From NCBI GenBank assembly GCA_044868145.1, contig JBIOWE010000006.1:218835-282834 (forward strand): DNA of 64,000 nt, read 5' to 3'. Below, piece by piece: positions 36,718 through 45,882 of this stretch. The notes below the pieces were generated by a model, which was given only the letters and a program-made list of their open reading frames with translations, was not told the DNA's origin and did no database searches. The translations under genes and the position numbers were made by a program. Numbering within the stretch: the first letter of the stretch is position 1; each line of letters begins with the position of its first letter. Source of the DNA: Patescibacteria group bacterium. Its GTDB lineage: Bacteria > Patescibacteriota > Patescibacteriia > UBA10025 > JBIOWE01.

Positions 36718-38096
36718 GGGGAAAGTTTTTTTAACGCGGAACGGAATGCATTGCCTCGATCAAATTCGTTTAAGAAAAGGTTGAAGCTGGCGGCTCCGGG
36801 AGAAAGAAGAACCGTATCCCCTTCTTCCGCGTTGCGCCACGCCATTCGTACGGCCTTTTCCATGGAGTTTGCTTCAGTAAGGTTTTTTTTGAAGCTGATG
36901 GGGAGCTGTGACGTTAATTTCTTGGAAGCTGAGCCAGGCAGCAAAATGATCCTCTTGACGTGAGTTTGTAGTATACGCGCAAGTGGTTTGAAGTCTAGTT
37001 TTTTATCAACTCCGCCCGCAATGAGAATGACTTTTTTTGGAATAGATTCAAGCGCGGCGATAGTCGCGTCCGGAGTTGTGGACGCCGTGTCATTAATAAA
37101 CTCAACACCGCGCACCGCTTTAAGACGCTCTAGCCTGCCCTCGATTCCCCGAAACGTCTTTATACCGGAACGTATTGTGGAGAGAGGTACGTTCATTATC
37201 ATAGCGGCGGTAACTGCAGCAAGCGTATTTTCCAGGTTGTGCCTTCCTGCCAGTTGAACGTCCTTTTTCTCCAGAATAGTATGTTCGTTGCCGTTGCGTC
37301 GGAAAACGATTTTATCCCCATGGACGAATGTTCCATTTTGTTCGGGAAAGTACTGCTTTGAAAACCATAAACGATGAGACGGGACACGGGTTCCCATCTT
37401 CTTTATTTTGGCATTGTCTCGGTTGAGAACGGTGAAATCATTTTGACGTTGATGTTGAAAAATGATTTCCTTTGCGTTTTCATATTCTCTGAGCGATTTG
37501 TATCTGTTGAGGTGATCCCTCATGATGTTTGTGATAATTGCGATGTGTGGGCTTCGATTGAGGTGTCGCATGTCTTCTAATTGCCAGGATGATAATTCAA
37601 GGACAACGGACGTTTTTTTCTTAATGCGTCCAAGAAACTGTAATGGTGAAATGCGAATATTACCCGCTAGTACGGTATCACTCTTCCATTTCTTTAGTAT
37701 TGCATGCAAAAGAGAGGCAGTCGTTGATTTGCCTTTTGTTCCTGTAATGGCAACGATTGGAGCAGGACAGAGACGAAAAAAAAGACTCACATCAGTTTCT
37801 ATCGGAACACCCGCAGTCCTTGCCGCAAGCAGATATTTTGATTCCTTCGGGACGCCAGGATTTTTTATAATGAGGTTCGCGTTGCGGAAATCTTGTACTC
37901 GATGTTTACCAAGAACATAGCGAATACCCAATCCTTTCAGTTTCCGAATCGAAGGAGAGAGAATTTTTTTCGAACGTAAGTCAGTGACAACTATCTGGGC
38001 ACCTTGTTGGGCGAACCACTTTGCGACGCCAACGCCTCCCCCCTGTAGACCAAGGCCCATCACCGTTACTCGAACATTGTCAAACCGAGCGCTCAT
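36714..38096 (-). CDS. murD: UDP-N-acetylmuramoylalanine--D-glutamate ligase
   Basis: VMGLGLQGGG...ITGTKGKSTT. Confidence 0.9.
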   Translation of the reverse strand: MSARFDNVRVTVMGLGLQGGGVGVAKWFAQQGAQIVVTDLRSKKILSPSIRKLKGLGIRYVLGKHRVQDFRNANLIIKNPGVPKESKYLLAARTAGVPIETDVSLFFRLCPAPIVAITGTKGKSTTASLLHAILKKWKSDTVLAGNIRISPLQFLGRIKKKTSVVLELSSWQLEDMRHLNRSPHIAIITNIMRDHLNRYKSLREYENAKEIIFQHQRQNDFTVLNRDNAKIKKMGTRVPSHRLWFSKQYFPEQNGTFVHGDKIVFRRNGNEHTILEKKDVQLAGRHNLENTLAAVTAAMIMNVPLSTIRSGIKTFRGIEGRLERLKAVRGVEFINDTASTTPDATIAALESIPKKVILIAGGVDKKLDFKPLARILQTHVKRIILLPGSASKKLTSQLPISFKKNLTEANSMEKAVRMAWRNAEEGDTVLLSPGAASFNLFLNEFDRGNAFRSALKKLSP

Positions 38097-38159
38097 GAAT
38101 GTATTGTATCACAATCGCAGTGTTGTATGAGATCTCGATACGAGCTCTTATGCTCATGT

Positions 38160-39212
38160 CTATGTGCGATCGAGCAAAAAAAGGATGATCCCCAGGAATG
38201 CGGTAACCGCGGAAATAATCCAAAATCGCATCACGATTTTTGGTTCAGACCATCCTTTTGCTTCAAGATGATGATGTATAGGTGTCGAAATGAAAATCTT
38301 TTTACCGAGGAACCGTTTGGAAAAAAGTTGGAGTATGACGGAGAATGATTCTATCACGAGTAGCAGGCAAATAATTGGCAGAATGAGGGCGGCGTTTGTC
38401 ATCATTGCGACAATGCCAAGAGTGATGCCCAATGACATTGCGCCTGTGTCCCCCATAAAAAAGCGCGCTGGGTTAATGTTGAACCAGAGGAAAGCAAGTA
38501 ATGCGCCAGCCACCACCCCGCAAAACGCGGCGAGATCGTAGCGTCCCTGGAGAAAAGCGATCACACCGAATGCGCCAAATGCCGTTAAGAGCGTACCGCC
38601 TGCTAAGCCGTCGAGTCCATCGGCTTCGTTCACTGAAAAAGCAGTGGCGACGATGACAAAAAGGAAAATGGGAATGTACCAAATCCCGATGTCGAAATTT
38701 CCGAAGAAAGGGACGTGGATTGTTGTCCAATCAAGTTTGAAATAAAACCAATATGCACCCAATAGTGCGATCATGGTGTAAAGCAGCAGTTTGTGTTTCA
38801 CTCGTAGTCCTCCGCCTTTCGCGCCGATACCTTTAATGTTCAGTATGTCGTCAAAGAGTCCTACGAATGCAGCGATCACTAGTGCGGCTAACGGAAGAAA
38901 GGTTTGTGGGCGCGATAAAAAGTTGTATTCGGTTAGGGTATCTAAGATGGGTATCTTTGGTAAGACAAAAAAGAGAAGGGCAAGGAAAAGCGTCGTGAAC
39001 CAAATGAGAATACCACCCATGGTTGGTGTGCCTGATTTTGGCTCGTGCATTTTTGAATACACGGGCGCGTTCGGATCGATTCTGATTTTTTTCCCTAGTT
39101 TGTATTTGTACAGGAAATGTGTAAGGATCGGCGTGAGAATGATAGCAATGACAAAGGACAATGTCGTAAGAAAAAATATTTTGATAATTTGTTGGCTATT
39201 GAGAATATCCAT
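38160..39212 (-). CDS. mraY: Phospho-N-acetylmuramoyl-pentapeptide transferase
   Basis: Polytopic membrane protein with the conserved MraY DD/PTMGG regions (PTMGGILI). Confidence 0.9.
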   Translation of the reverse strand: MDILNSQQIIKIFFLTTLSFVIAIILTPILTHFLYKYKLGKKIRIDPNAPVYSKMHEPKSGTPTMGGILIWFTTLFLALLFFVLPKIPILDTLTEYNFLSRPQTFLPLAALVIAAFVGLFDDILNIKGIGAKGGGLRVKHKLLLYTMIALLGAYWFYFKLDWTTIHVPFFGNFDIGIWYIPIFLFVIVATAFSVNEADGLDGLAGGTLLTAFGAFGVIAFLQGRYDLAAFCGVVAGALLAFLWFNINPARFFMGDTGAMSLGITLGIVAMMTNAALILPIICLLLVIESFSVILQLFSKRFLGKKIFISTPIHHHLEAKGWSEPKIVMRFWIISAVTAFLGIILFLLDRT

Positions 39213-39213
39213 A

Positions 39214-39573
39214 TTAGGAAAAAATAAGAAGGAGGACGAGTGAGGCGAGCAATATTATCTCTAGTATCGTCGTAATATAGAAATAAGAGCGACGGATGAC
39301 GTTCGATGGCTTGCCGAGAAAATGTGCGGCAACAACATTAGCGAGGAGGAGAATTGTTCCGATACCCGGTATCAAAAATATCTGGTACCAATTGCCGATT
39401 AAGTCGATTCCAAAGTAAATGTTATAATGGAGTGGAATAAGGTCGTTTGATGGCCGGGCATGGATAACGGCAAGAGCCCATGTAACAGCGTTGATCGTTA
39501 CACTCGCTATAATGTTCCAAACGATATTCTTGTCTAAAAATAACGCGCGTAACCCTTCAAAAAAATGTTTCAT
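39214..39573 (-). CDS. Small 3-TM membrane protein of unknown function, immediately upstream of mraY
   Basis: 119 aa with three hydrophobic helices. Its ATG overlaps the divergent GT39 ATG (ATGTTTCAT). Confidence 0.4.
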   Translation of the reverse strand: MKHFFEGLRALFLDKNIVWNIIASVTINAVTWALAVIHARPSNDLIPLHYNIYFGIDLIGNWYQIFLIPGIGTILLLANVVAAHFLGKPSNVIRRSYFYITTILEIILLASLVLLLIFS

Positions 39574-41325
39574 TTCAGGCGATTAATTGAGCAGCATTGG
39601 AAAATCGTTGTTGCTGGCATACTTATAATAATGTTTGTGCTTGAATTGACGACTGCGGTTGGCGAATCGCAAACGGTAGACGAAGGCGTCCATCTATCTG
39701 CGGGGTACAGTTATTTCAAGACTCGCGATTTCAGGATGAACCCCGAGCACCCCCCGTTCGCCAAGTTGGTCGCAGCTTTACCGTTGTTGTTTTTGGATTT
39801 GAAGGACGTCCGTTCTTTTTCTGGCTGGCAAGAGGTAGATGAATGGAAGTTCGCTCACCAATTTCTTTATGGAAACACTGAAAGGGCAGATACAATATTA
39901 CTCCTAGGACGGCTATCGGGAATGGTCATGAGTCTGATTCTGGGGCTTGTTTTGTTTCTTTGGGCTAAGGAAATATTTGGTGTACTCGTGGCTTTCTTTG
40001 CGTTGTTCCTCTATGCTTTTGACCCGAACATGATTGCCCATAGTCGATATGTGACCACGGATGCGCCGCTTGCACTTTTTTTTGTTTTAACAATGTACTT
40101 ATTCATGCGGTTCATTCGGAATCCGAGCGCAACAGGGTTTCTTGCATTTGCGCTTTCTTTTGCGCTCGCGCAAGCAACGAAGTTTTCTGCACTCATTCTC
40201 GTGCCCACTCTTATTATTCTCTTTCTTGTACTGTCACTTCGGTACCCAAAGCTGCGTTCATTGAAACAGTTTACCATACATTTCGCGATTCTTGCCGCTA
40301 TAACGTTTTTGGTACTTTTTGGATTATACAGTTTTGAGGTGAAGCAACCAATAACTGACTACCGCGTGCAAGAGCTTCTCATAAAGCGGGAATTGATTGT
40401 GCAAAGTGGTGCTGAAGCATCGTACTCCGCGTCGCTCCAGAATGTTATTCGTCTGTCAGATCCAGGAACAAGCTCGGGCCGAAGATTTTTATCTTCGCTG
40501 CAATGGCATATTCCTTCGTACTCATACATTCGCGGTTTTATTCAGCTGGCAAGCCATAACGCAGGTGGCCACACTTCATATCTTTTTGGGCATTCATCAG
40601 ATTTCGGTTGGTGGTACTATTTCCCTTTGGCAATGCTGGTCAAAACTCCGGTGAGTTTTTTACTGTTTCTTTTGGTTTCAGCCGTCGCTCTATTCATGTC
40701 AACGGTAAAAAAACATTTTGAGGTTCTTTGGATCCTTGCGCCATTCATCATTGGGTCAGGAGTTTATCTTCTTGTCAGCATGACCTCGCATCTTAACCTG
40801 GGAGTCCGGCACGTCTTACCAATATATCCATTACTTTACATCATTGCGGCGCATGTAACTGTTTCGTTTGTCCAGAAAAGGCCGCTACCCGTGTTCCGGA
40901 TTTCCATTGCTGCGTTGCTTCTTTTCTACCTTTTCTCCTCACTTAGTATTTTTCCTCACTATCTTGCCTACTTTAATGAAATTGCAGGCGGGCCAGCGGG
41001 TGGTACTCGTTATTTACTCGATTCAAACATAGATTGGGGGCAAGACGTGAAAAAACTTCACGCCTACTTGCAAAAACATTCAATTCCCTTCGTTTGCATG
41101 GCCTATTTTGGTCAAGCATCGCTTGACTATTACGGTATTGATTACCGATACATTCCAAAAAATGCTGAAGTTGTTTCTAATGATCTCAACTGCGTCTACG
41201 TGGTAAGTGCTACGCTGCTTTTTCCTCATGACAGTGATTACGCATGGCTCCGTCAATATACCCCAACAGAGAAAATCGGATACTCTTTATACCTCTATGA
41301 TTTTCGAAAGAACGCACTAGACTAA
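39565..41325 (+). CDS. GT-C fold glycosyltransferase, family 39/PMT-like (dolichyl/undecaprenyl-phosphate-sugar dependent)
   Basis: 11+ TM helices. The first extracytoplasmic loop carries the DE motif (SQTVDEGVHLSAGYSYF). Large C-terminal soluble domain. Confidence 0.7.
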   Translation: MFHFRRLIEQHWKIVVAGILIIMFVLELTTAVGESQTVDEGVHLSAGYSYFKTRDFRMNPEHPPFAKLVAALPLLFLDLKDVRSFSGWQEVDEWKFAHQFLYGNTERADTILLLGRLSGMVMSLILGLVLFLWAKEIFGVLVAFFALFLYAFDPNMIAHSRYVTTDAPLALFFVLTMYLFMRFIRNPSATGFLAFALSFALAQATKFSALILVPTLIILFLVLSLRYPKLRSLKQFTIHFAILAAITFLVLFGLYSFEVKQPITDYRVQELLIKRELIVQSGAEASYSASLQNVIRLSDPGTSSGRRFLSSLQWHIPSYSYIRGFIQLASHNAGGHTSYLFGHSSDFGWWYYFPLAMLVKTPVSFLLFLLVSAVALFMSTVKKHFEVLWILAPFIIGSGVYLLVSMTSHLNLGVRHVLPIYPLLYIIAAHVTVSFVQKRPLPVFRISIAALLLFYLFSSLSIFPHYLAYFNEIAGGPAGGTRYLLDSNIDWGQDVKKLHAYLQKHSIPFVCMAYFGQASLDYYGIDYRYIPKNAEVVSNDLNCVYVVSATLLFPHDSDYAWLRQYTPTEKIGYSLYLYDFRKNALD

Positions 41326-41362
41326 GTATAGCGTTTCTGGAGGTTTGCTTCAATGCATTGAG

Positions 41363-41391
41363 TTGACGAATCAAATTTTCTGTGCTATAAT
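41363..41391 (+). promoter_or_regulatory. Sigma70 promoter: TTGACG, 17-nt spacer, TATAAT. The -10 ends 7 nt before the pilB ATG, predicting a leaderless mRNA
   Basis: -35 at 41363-41368 and -10 at 41386-41391. ATG at 41399. Confidence 0.6.
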
Positions 41392-41398
41392 ATAGTCC

Positions 41399-43129
41399 AT
41401 GGAAGACCCAAAAAAGCTCAAACAGGTGATCAAGGACGCTAAGTTAGTCGCCGCCGATCAGCTGGACAAAGTTTTTCTCGACTCTCAAAAACAAAAACAA
41501 GACTTCATTACATATCTGTTTGCGAAAAATCTCATTCCAGAAGTTTCTCTCTATGAGACACTTGCCAATTATTACCACGTACCCTTTATAGATCTGAGAG
41601 GTCAAACGATACGAAAGGATATCTTAACGTTAATCCCCGAGCCCATAGTACAAACGCAACAAGTCGTCGCATTTGACCGCGATGAACGTGAGCTCAAAGT
41701 TGGAGTGTTGGATCCACACAACCTCCAACTTTTTGATTTTGTTAAAAAGAAAACCGGCGTACCCTTGAAGGTCTACCTCACAACACCCTCGAGTATTAAG
41801 GAAGTCATCACGCAATATCACAAGGGTATGTCTGCGGAGTTTAAGAAAATTACCGAAGAAAAAGTCGGCCAGGCTGTGATGGATGAAAAAGATTTAAAAG
41901 AGTTGGCACAGGATCTGCCTATCGTAAGGATCGTCGATTCAATCCTTGAGTATGCAATTTTCGAAAATGCTTCTGACATTCATATCGAGCCAACAGACAA
42001 GGATTTATTAGTTCGCTATCGTATTGACGGCGTTTTACGCGATGTCATGGATTTACCTAAGTCAACGCAACCCGGGCTCACTGCGCGCATTAAGATCCTT
42101 GCACACCTGAAGATAGATGAGCATCGCATTCCCCAGGATGGACGTATTAAAATAACAACCTCCGATTACAAAATTTCCTTTCGGGTGTCGACAATCCCTG
42201 TGTATGACGGTGAAAAGATTGTTTTGCGCCTACTCAACGAATCTGCGAAACCATTGACGCTGGAACAAGTTGGTTTACAGCTCGGGGCTCTTACGCGCGT
42301 TGAGCGGAGCATTAAAAAACCACAAGGAATCATTTTTATTACTGGGCCAACAGGATCAGGCAAAACCACTACCCTCTACACCGTCCTGAACATATTGAAT
42401 GTCCCGGAGGTAAACATTGTAACGATAGAAGACCCCATTGAATATCGAATGCCGCGGGTGAATCAGAGTCAGGTCAATCCACGCATTGGGTATACTTTTG
42501 CGAATGGACTGCGCTCGTTGCTACGACAAGATCCAAACATTATTATGGTCGGAGAGATCCGGGATAATGAAACAGCAGAAATCGCCATTCACTCCGCCAT
42601 GACAGGACATTTAGTTTTGACGTCACTGCACACCAATGATGCCGTGACAACCCTTCCTCGATTAGAGGAAATGGGCATTCCTCCTTTTTTGATCGTTGCG
42701 ACGACGAATGTGGTAGCCGCCCAGCGTCTCGTGCGAAAGATATGCTTGCATTGCATTCAAAGCTACACATTAACAAAAAAAGCCATTGATGACTTACGTA
42801 AGGAATTTGACCTTGATTCCATTTTGTCTGTTTTGGAAAAACAAGGCGTCATTCTTTCCGCAAAAACACCGCTGGAATCACTATTGTTTTACAGGGGCAA
42901 AGGTTGTAAACAGTGCAGTAACAGCGGCTACAAGGGTCGAATCGGGATCTTTGAGGTATTGGAGATAACAAAATCAATGGCTCAACTCATTCTTGAGAGA
43001 GCCAGCGCAGCGCAAATGAAAGAGCTTGCGGTGAAGGAAGGAATGCTCACGATGCTCCAGGATGGCTTTATTAAAGCAAAAAATGGGATAACAACCATCG
43101 AAGAGGTGTTACGCGTGACGAAAGAATAA
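41399..43129 (+). CDS. pilB: Type IV pilus assembly ATPase PilB (GspE family)
   Basis: Walker A GPTGSGKTTTL, Asp box and His box, and a C-terminal tetracysteine CLHC...CKQC. Confidence 0.9.
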   Translation: MEDPKKLKQVIKDAKLVAADQLDKVFLDSQKQKQDFITYLFAKNLIPEVSLYETLANYYHVPFIDLRGQTIRKDILTLIPEPIVQTQQVVAFDRDERELKVGVLDPHNLQLFDFVKKKTGVPLKVYLTTPSSIKEVITQYHKGMSAEFKKITEEKVGQAVMDEKDLKELAQDLPIVRIVDSILEYAIFENASDIHIEPTDKDLLVRYRIDGVLRDVMDLPKSTQPGLTARIKILAHLKIDEHRIPQDGRIKITTSDYKISFRVSTIPVYDGEKIVLRLLNESAKPLTLEQVGLQLGALTRVERSIKKPQGIIFITGPTGSGKTTTLYTVLNILNVPEVNIVTIEDPIEYRMPRVNQSQVNPRIGYTFANGLRSLLRQDPNIIMVGEIRDNETAEIAIHSAMTGHLVLTSLHTNDAVTTLPRLEEMGIPPFLIVATTNVVAAQRLVRKICLHCIQSYTLTKKAIDDLRKEFDLDSILSVLEKQGVILSAKTPLESLLFYRGKGCKQCSNSGYKGRIGIFEVLEITKSMAQLILERASAAQMKELAVKEGMLTMLQDGFIKAKNGITTIEEVLRVTKE

Positions 43130-43136
43130 GAATTGT

Positions 43137-44354
43137 ATGCCTGAATTTTTTTACACCGCGAGAACAGCGGAAGGTAAATTGAAGAGGGATCGTATAAACA
43201 TGAAGGATGAGCAGTCTTTGGCGAACTATTTACGGACCCAGGGCTACATTTTGACTTCGGCAAAACCAGCCGCAGAAGCACAAGAAGGGTTCCTGAAAAA
43301 ATTTCTTGGAGGTCTGAGTGGCGTTTCGGTAGTCGAAAAAATATTTTTCACGCAAAATCTCGAGGTTATGTTGCGTACGGGTTTCTCTCTGGCTGCCGCG
43401 CTCAAGACAATCGGCGACCAAACGGAAAACAAGCGCATGAAGCAAGTGATTATCAACCTTCAACAAGACGTTGAAAATGGAATAGCATTCTCAACAGCCC
43501 TCGGACGACACCCGCGCATTTTTGGAGAATTGTTTGTCAATATGGTTGCTGCGGGAGAAGCTAGCGGAAAACTTGATGAAGTGTTAAAGAGACTGACTGA
43601 CCAGATGCGGAAAGATCATGCTCTTATCGCGAAAGTTCGTTCCGCTCTTACATACCCCGCCATCGTTATTTTCGCAATGATTGTCATTGGGATAGTCATG
43701 ATGACATTCGTCATTCCGAAGCTTTTGGAAATTTTTGCTGATGCGCAGGTGCAGCTCCCGCTTCCCACACGAATCCTCATTTGGATGACACATGTGTTAA
43801 CAAGCTACGGTATTTTTCTTCTTTTCGGTGTACTGGTCATTGCCTTCGTTTTGTACCGCTTTAAAAAAACATACCGCGGAAAACGCTTCTTTCACCTGGT
43901 AATGCTAAAAATGCCGATCGCCTCAAAGATTATCAAAAACATCAACATAGCTCGTTTTACAAGAACATTAAGCTCGCTCTTAAAAACGGATATTCCAATC
44001 GTACAAACCTTTCAGATTATTTCAAAAACATTAGGCAACGTATATTATTCGGCGGCGGTTATGGAGACCTCCGAGCAAGTAAAAAAAGGAATAAGCATCA
44101 TGAAATCGCTTGAGACAAAAAGAGAGCTTTTCCCCCCAATTGTCACACAGATGATTTCCGTTGGAGAAGAAAGCGGCAGTCTTGATACAATCTCAGAGGA
44201 AATCGCAAAATTTTACGAAGAAGCTGTTGACCAAACAATGCAGAACCTGTCAACAATCATCGAACCCGTCCTTGTTCTTTTCCTTGGCGCTGCTGTAGCT
44301 GGTTTGGCGCTTGCGGTTATCCTGCCAATCTATTCCCTCTCGGAAGCAATATGA
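43137..44354 (+). CDS. pilC: Type IV pilus platform protein PilC (GspF family)
   Basis: Duplicated T2SSF domains and 3 TM helices. Confidence 0.9.
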   Translation: MPEFFYTARTAEGKLKRDRINMKDEQSLANYLRTQGYILTSAKPAAEAQEGFLKKFLGGLSGVSVVEKIFFTQNLEVMLRTGFSLAAALKTIGDQTENKRMKQVIINLQQDVENGIAFSTALGRHPRIFGELFVNMVAAGEASGKLDEVLKRLTDQMRKDHALIAKVRSALTYPAIVIFAMIVIGIVMMTFVIPKLLEIFADAQVQLPLPTRILIWMTHVLTSYGIFLLFGVLVIAFVLYRFKKTYRGKRFFHLVMLKMPIASKIIKNINIARFTRTLSSLLKTDIPIVQTFQIISKTLGNVYYSAAVMETSEQVKKGISIMKSLETKRELFPPIVTQMISVGEESGSLDTISEEIAKFYEEAVDQTMQNLSTIIEPVLVLFLGAAVAGLALAVILPIYSLSEAI

Positions 44355-45322
44355 TCAAGCGCAGCAAAAAAACTCACGCTTTTGGCCTTTTTGAATCTGT
44401 TATTGCCATTGGCATTGTCGGTCTTTTTATAGTCCTTTTTGGTTCAAGCTTTACCTTTATATCCTTTGAACAGTATATTCGCGATCGCGCCCGGGCAATG
44501 GAGCTTGCGCAGCAGGAAGTAGAAGCGATCCGCAATAGTTCCTTTTCGAAACTATCAACGTGGACAGATACACATTTCCTTGGTGTCGCATTTAACAAAG
44601 GCTTATGGGCTGTACAAAACTCTGGAAGCGCGGTAAGCAGCCCAAACGTTTATACCCTTGGGAAGCCGTCCCCTGTTGCTTCTGGGGTAACAGGTATTGC
44701 CATAGTGCCTGGAGGAGACTATACGAATTTTACCTTTGAAACGTCCATAAAGGCGCTCGCTGATTCACAGGCAGGTTTTGGCACGGGGGTCGTTTTTCGT
44801 TATATTGACCATCGCAATTATTACAAGGCGTGGTTCACGGCTTCTACGCTCGTCTTCAGCAAGGTCGTCGATGGCGTTGAAGCAGTGCTCTATACGGAGA
44901 ATCCACGAACGTTTAATACTGATCAATGGTATAAACTGAAAGTGGTGACGAACGGCTCTTCGATCGAGCTGTGGGTTGATGATGTTCAAAGGACCACCCA
45001 AGTGGACTTGAGTTTTGCAAAGGGAAAATTAGCCCTGCTTGGCCTTGATTCAGCGCATCCTCAGTTTGACAACGTAACCGTTACTACTACATCTTCGACA
45101 ACGTGGAACTTAGACGCAGACACAGTTAACATTGTGGCAAACGGGTGGGAGCGGTTTGGCATACAAGATTTGCCAGGCGGTAACGACGTTCTGATCGTGC
45201 AAGACGCTGTAGGAGGTTTCACCGACTTAAAAAAAGTTACCGCTCGCGTTGAGTGGCAACAACGCAGTCAAACGCGGTCGATTGAATTGATTACCTACGT
45301 ACATGAACATAATGTACAGTAA
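44351..45322 (+). CDS. Pilin-like protein with atypical class-III signal and a C-terminal lectin/LamG-like (DUF1080-like) jelly-roll domain
   Basis: N-terminus KKTHAFGLFESVIAIGIVGLF (Glu at +5 if cleaved after Ala). The C-terminal ~200 aa are a beta-sandwich (FRYIDHRNYYKAWF...ELWVDDV). Confidence 0.5.
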   Translation: MIKRSKKTHAFGLFESVIAIGIVGLFIVLFGSSFTFISFEQYIRDRARAMELAQQEVEAIRNSSFSKLSTWTDTHFLGVAFNKGLWAVQNSGSAVSSPNVYTLGKPSPVASGVTGIAIVPGGDYTNFTFETSIKALADSQAGFGTGVVFRYIDHRNYYKAWFTASTLVFSKVVDGVEAVLYTENPRTFNTDQWYKLKVVTNGSSIELWVDDVQRTTQVDLSFAKGKLALLGLDSAHPQFDNVTVTTTSSTTWNLDADTVNIVANGWERFGIQDLPGGNDVLIVQDAVGGFTDLKKVTARVEWQQRSQTRSIELITYVHEHNVQ

Positions 45323-45881
45323 TCAAAAAGGTCTTTCGCTCACGAATTTGCTTGTCACCATAGCGATACTAGGGATCTTATCTGCCATTCTCTTCGAATC
45401 TTACCTAGCGTATAATCAGCTTCTGACAAATCAACTGACACGGGGCGATCTTGAGATTCAAACCACGGTTGCTTTAAAGAAAATGGCTGAGCAAATACGC
45501 AATGGAACTCAAATCATCGGTTCGCGGACCATCAACAGTGTCAGTTATACAACAGACAAGGAGACAATTATCGTTGAACTTCCTGCCATTGATGCTAATA
45601 AGGAAGTAATTCTGACAAAGTTTGATTATCTCGTTTATTACCTTAATCCTTCCGACAAAACATTCTTACGATCTTCGCTACAGCCCGATGCAACATCCTC
45701 TCGCCAAGGATTTTCGGATCAATTCATGCTCAGGGATATTTCAATACTTCGGATTTCTTACGATACGCAAGATCCTTCACAAGCCTCGCGCGTATCCATT
45801 TTTCTTAAAACGGAAAAAATTGTGAAAAACACCCCTCAGACGGCCACATTACAAACAGACCTTACGCTACGAAATAAATAA
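45303..45881 (+). CDS. Type IV pilin/pseudopilin-like protein (N-terminal GLSLTNLLVTIAILGILSAI)
   Basis: Pilin-like hydrophobic N-terminal helix after QKG, with Asn in place of Glu at +5. Confidence 0.5.
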   Translation: MNIMYSNQKGLSLTNLLVTIAILGILSAILFESYLAYNQLLTNQLTRGDLEIQTTVALKKMAEQIRNGTQIIGSRTINSVSYTTDKETIIVELPAIDANKEVILTKFDYLVYYLNPSDKTFLRSSLQPDATSSRQGFSDQFMLRDISILRISYDTQDPSQASRVSIFLKTEKIVKNTPQTATLQTDLTLRNK

Positions 45882-45882
45882 T

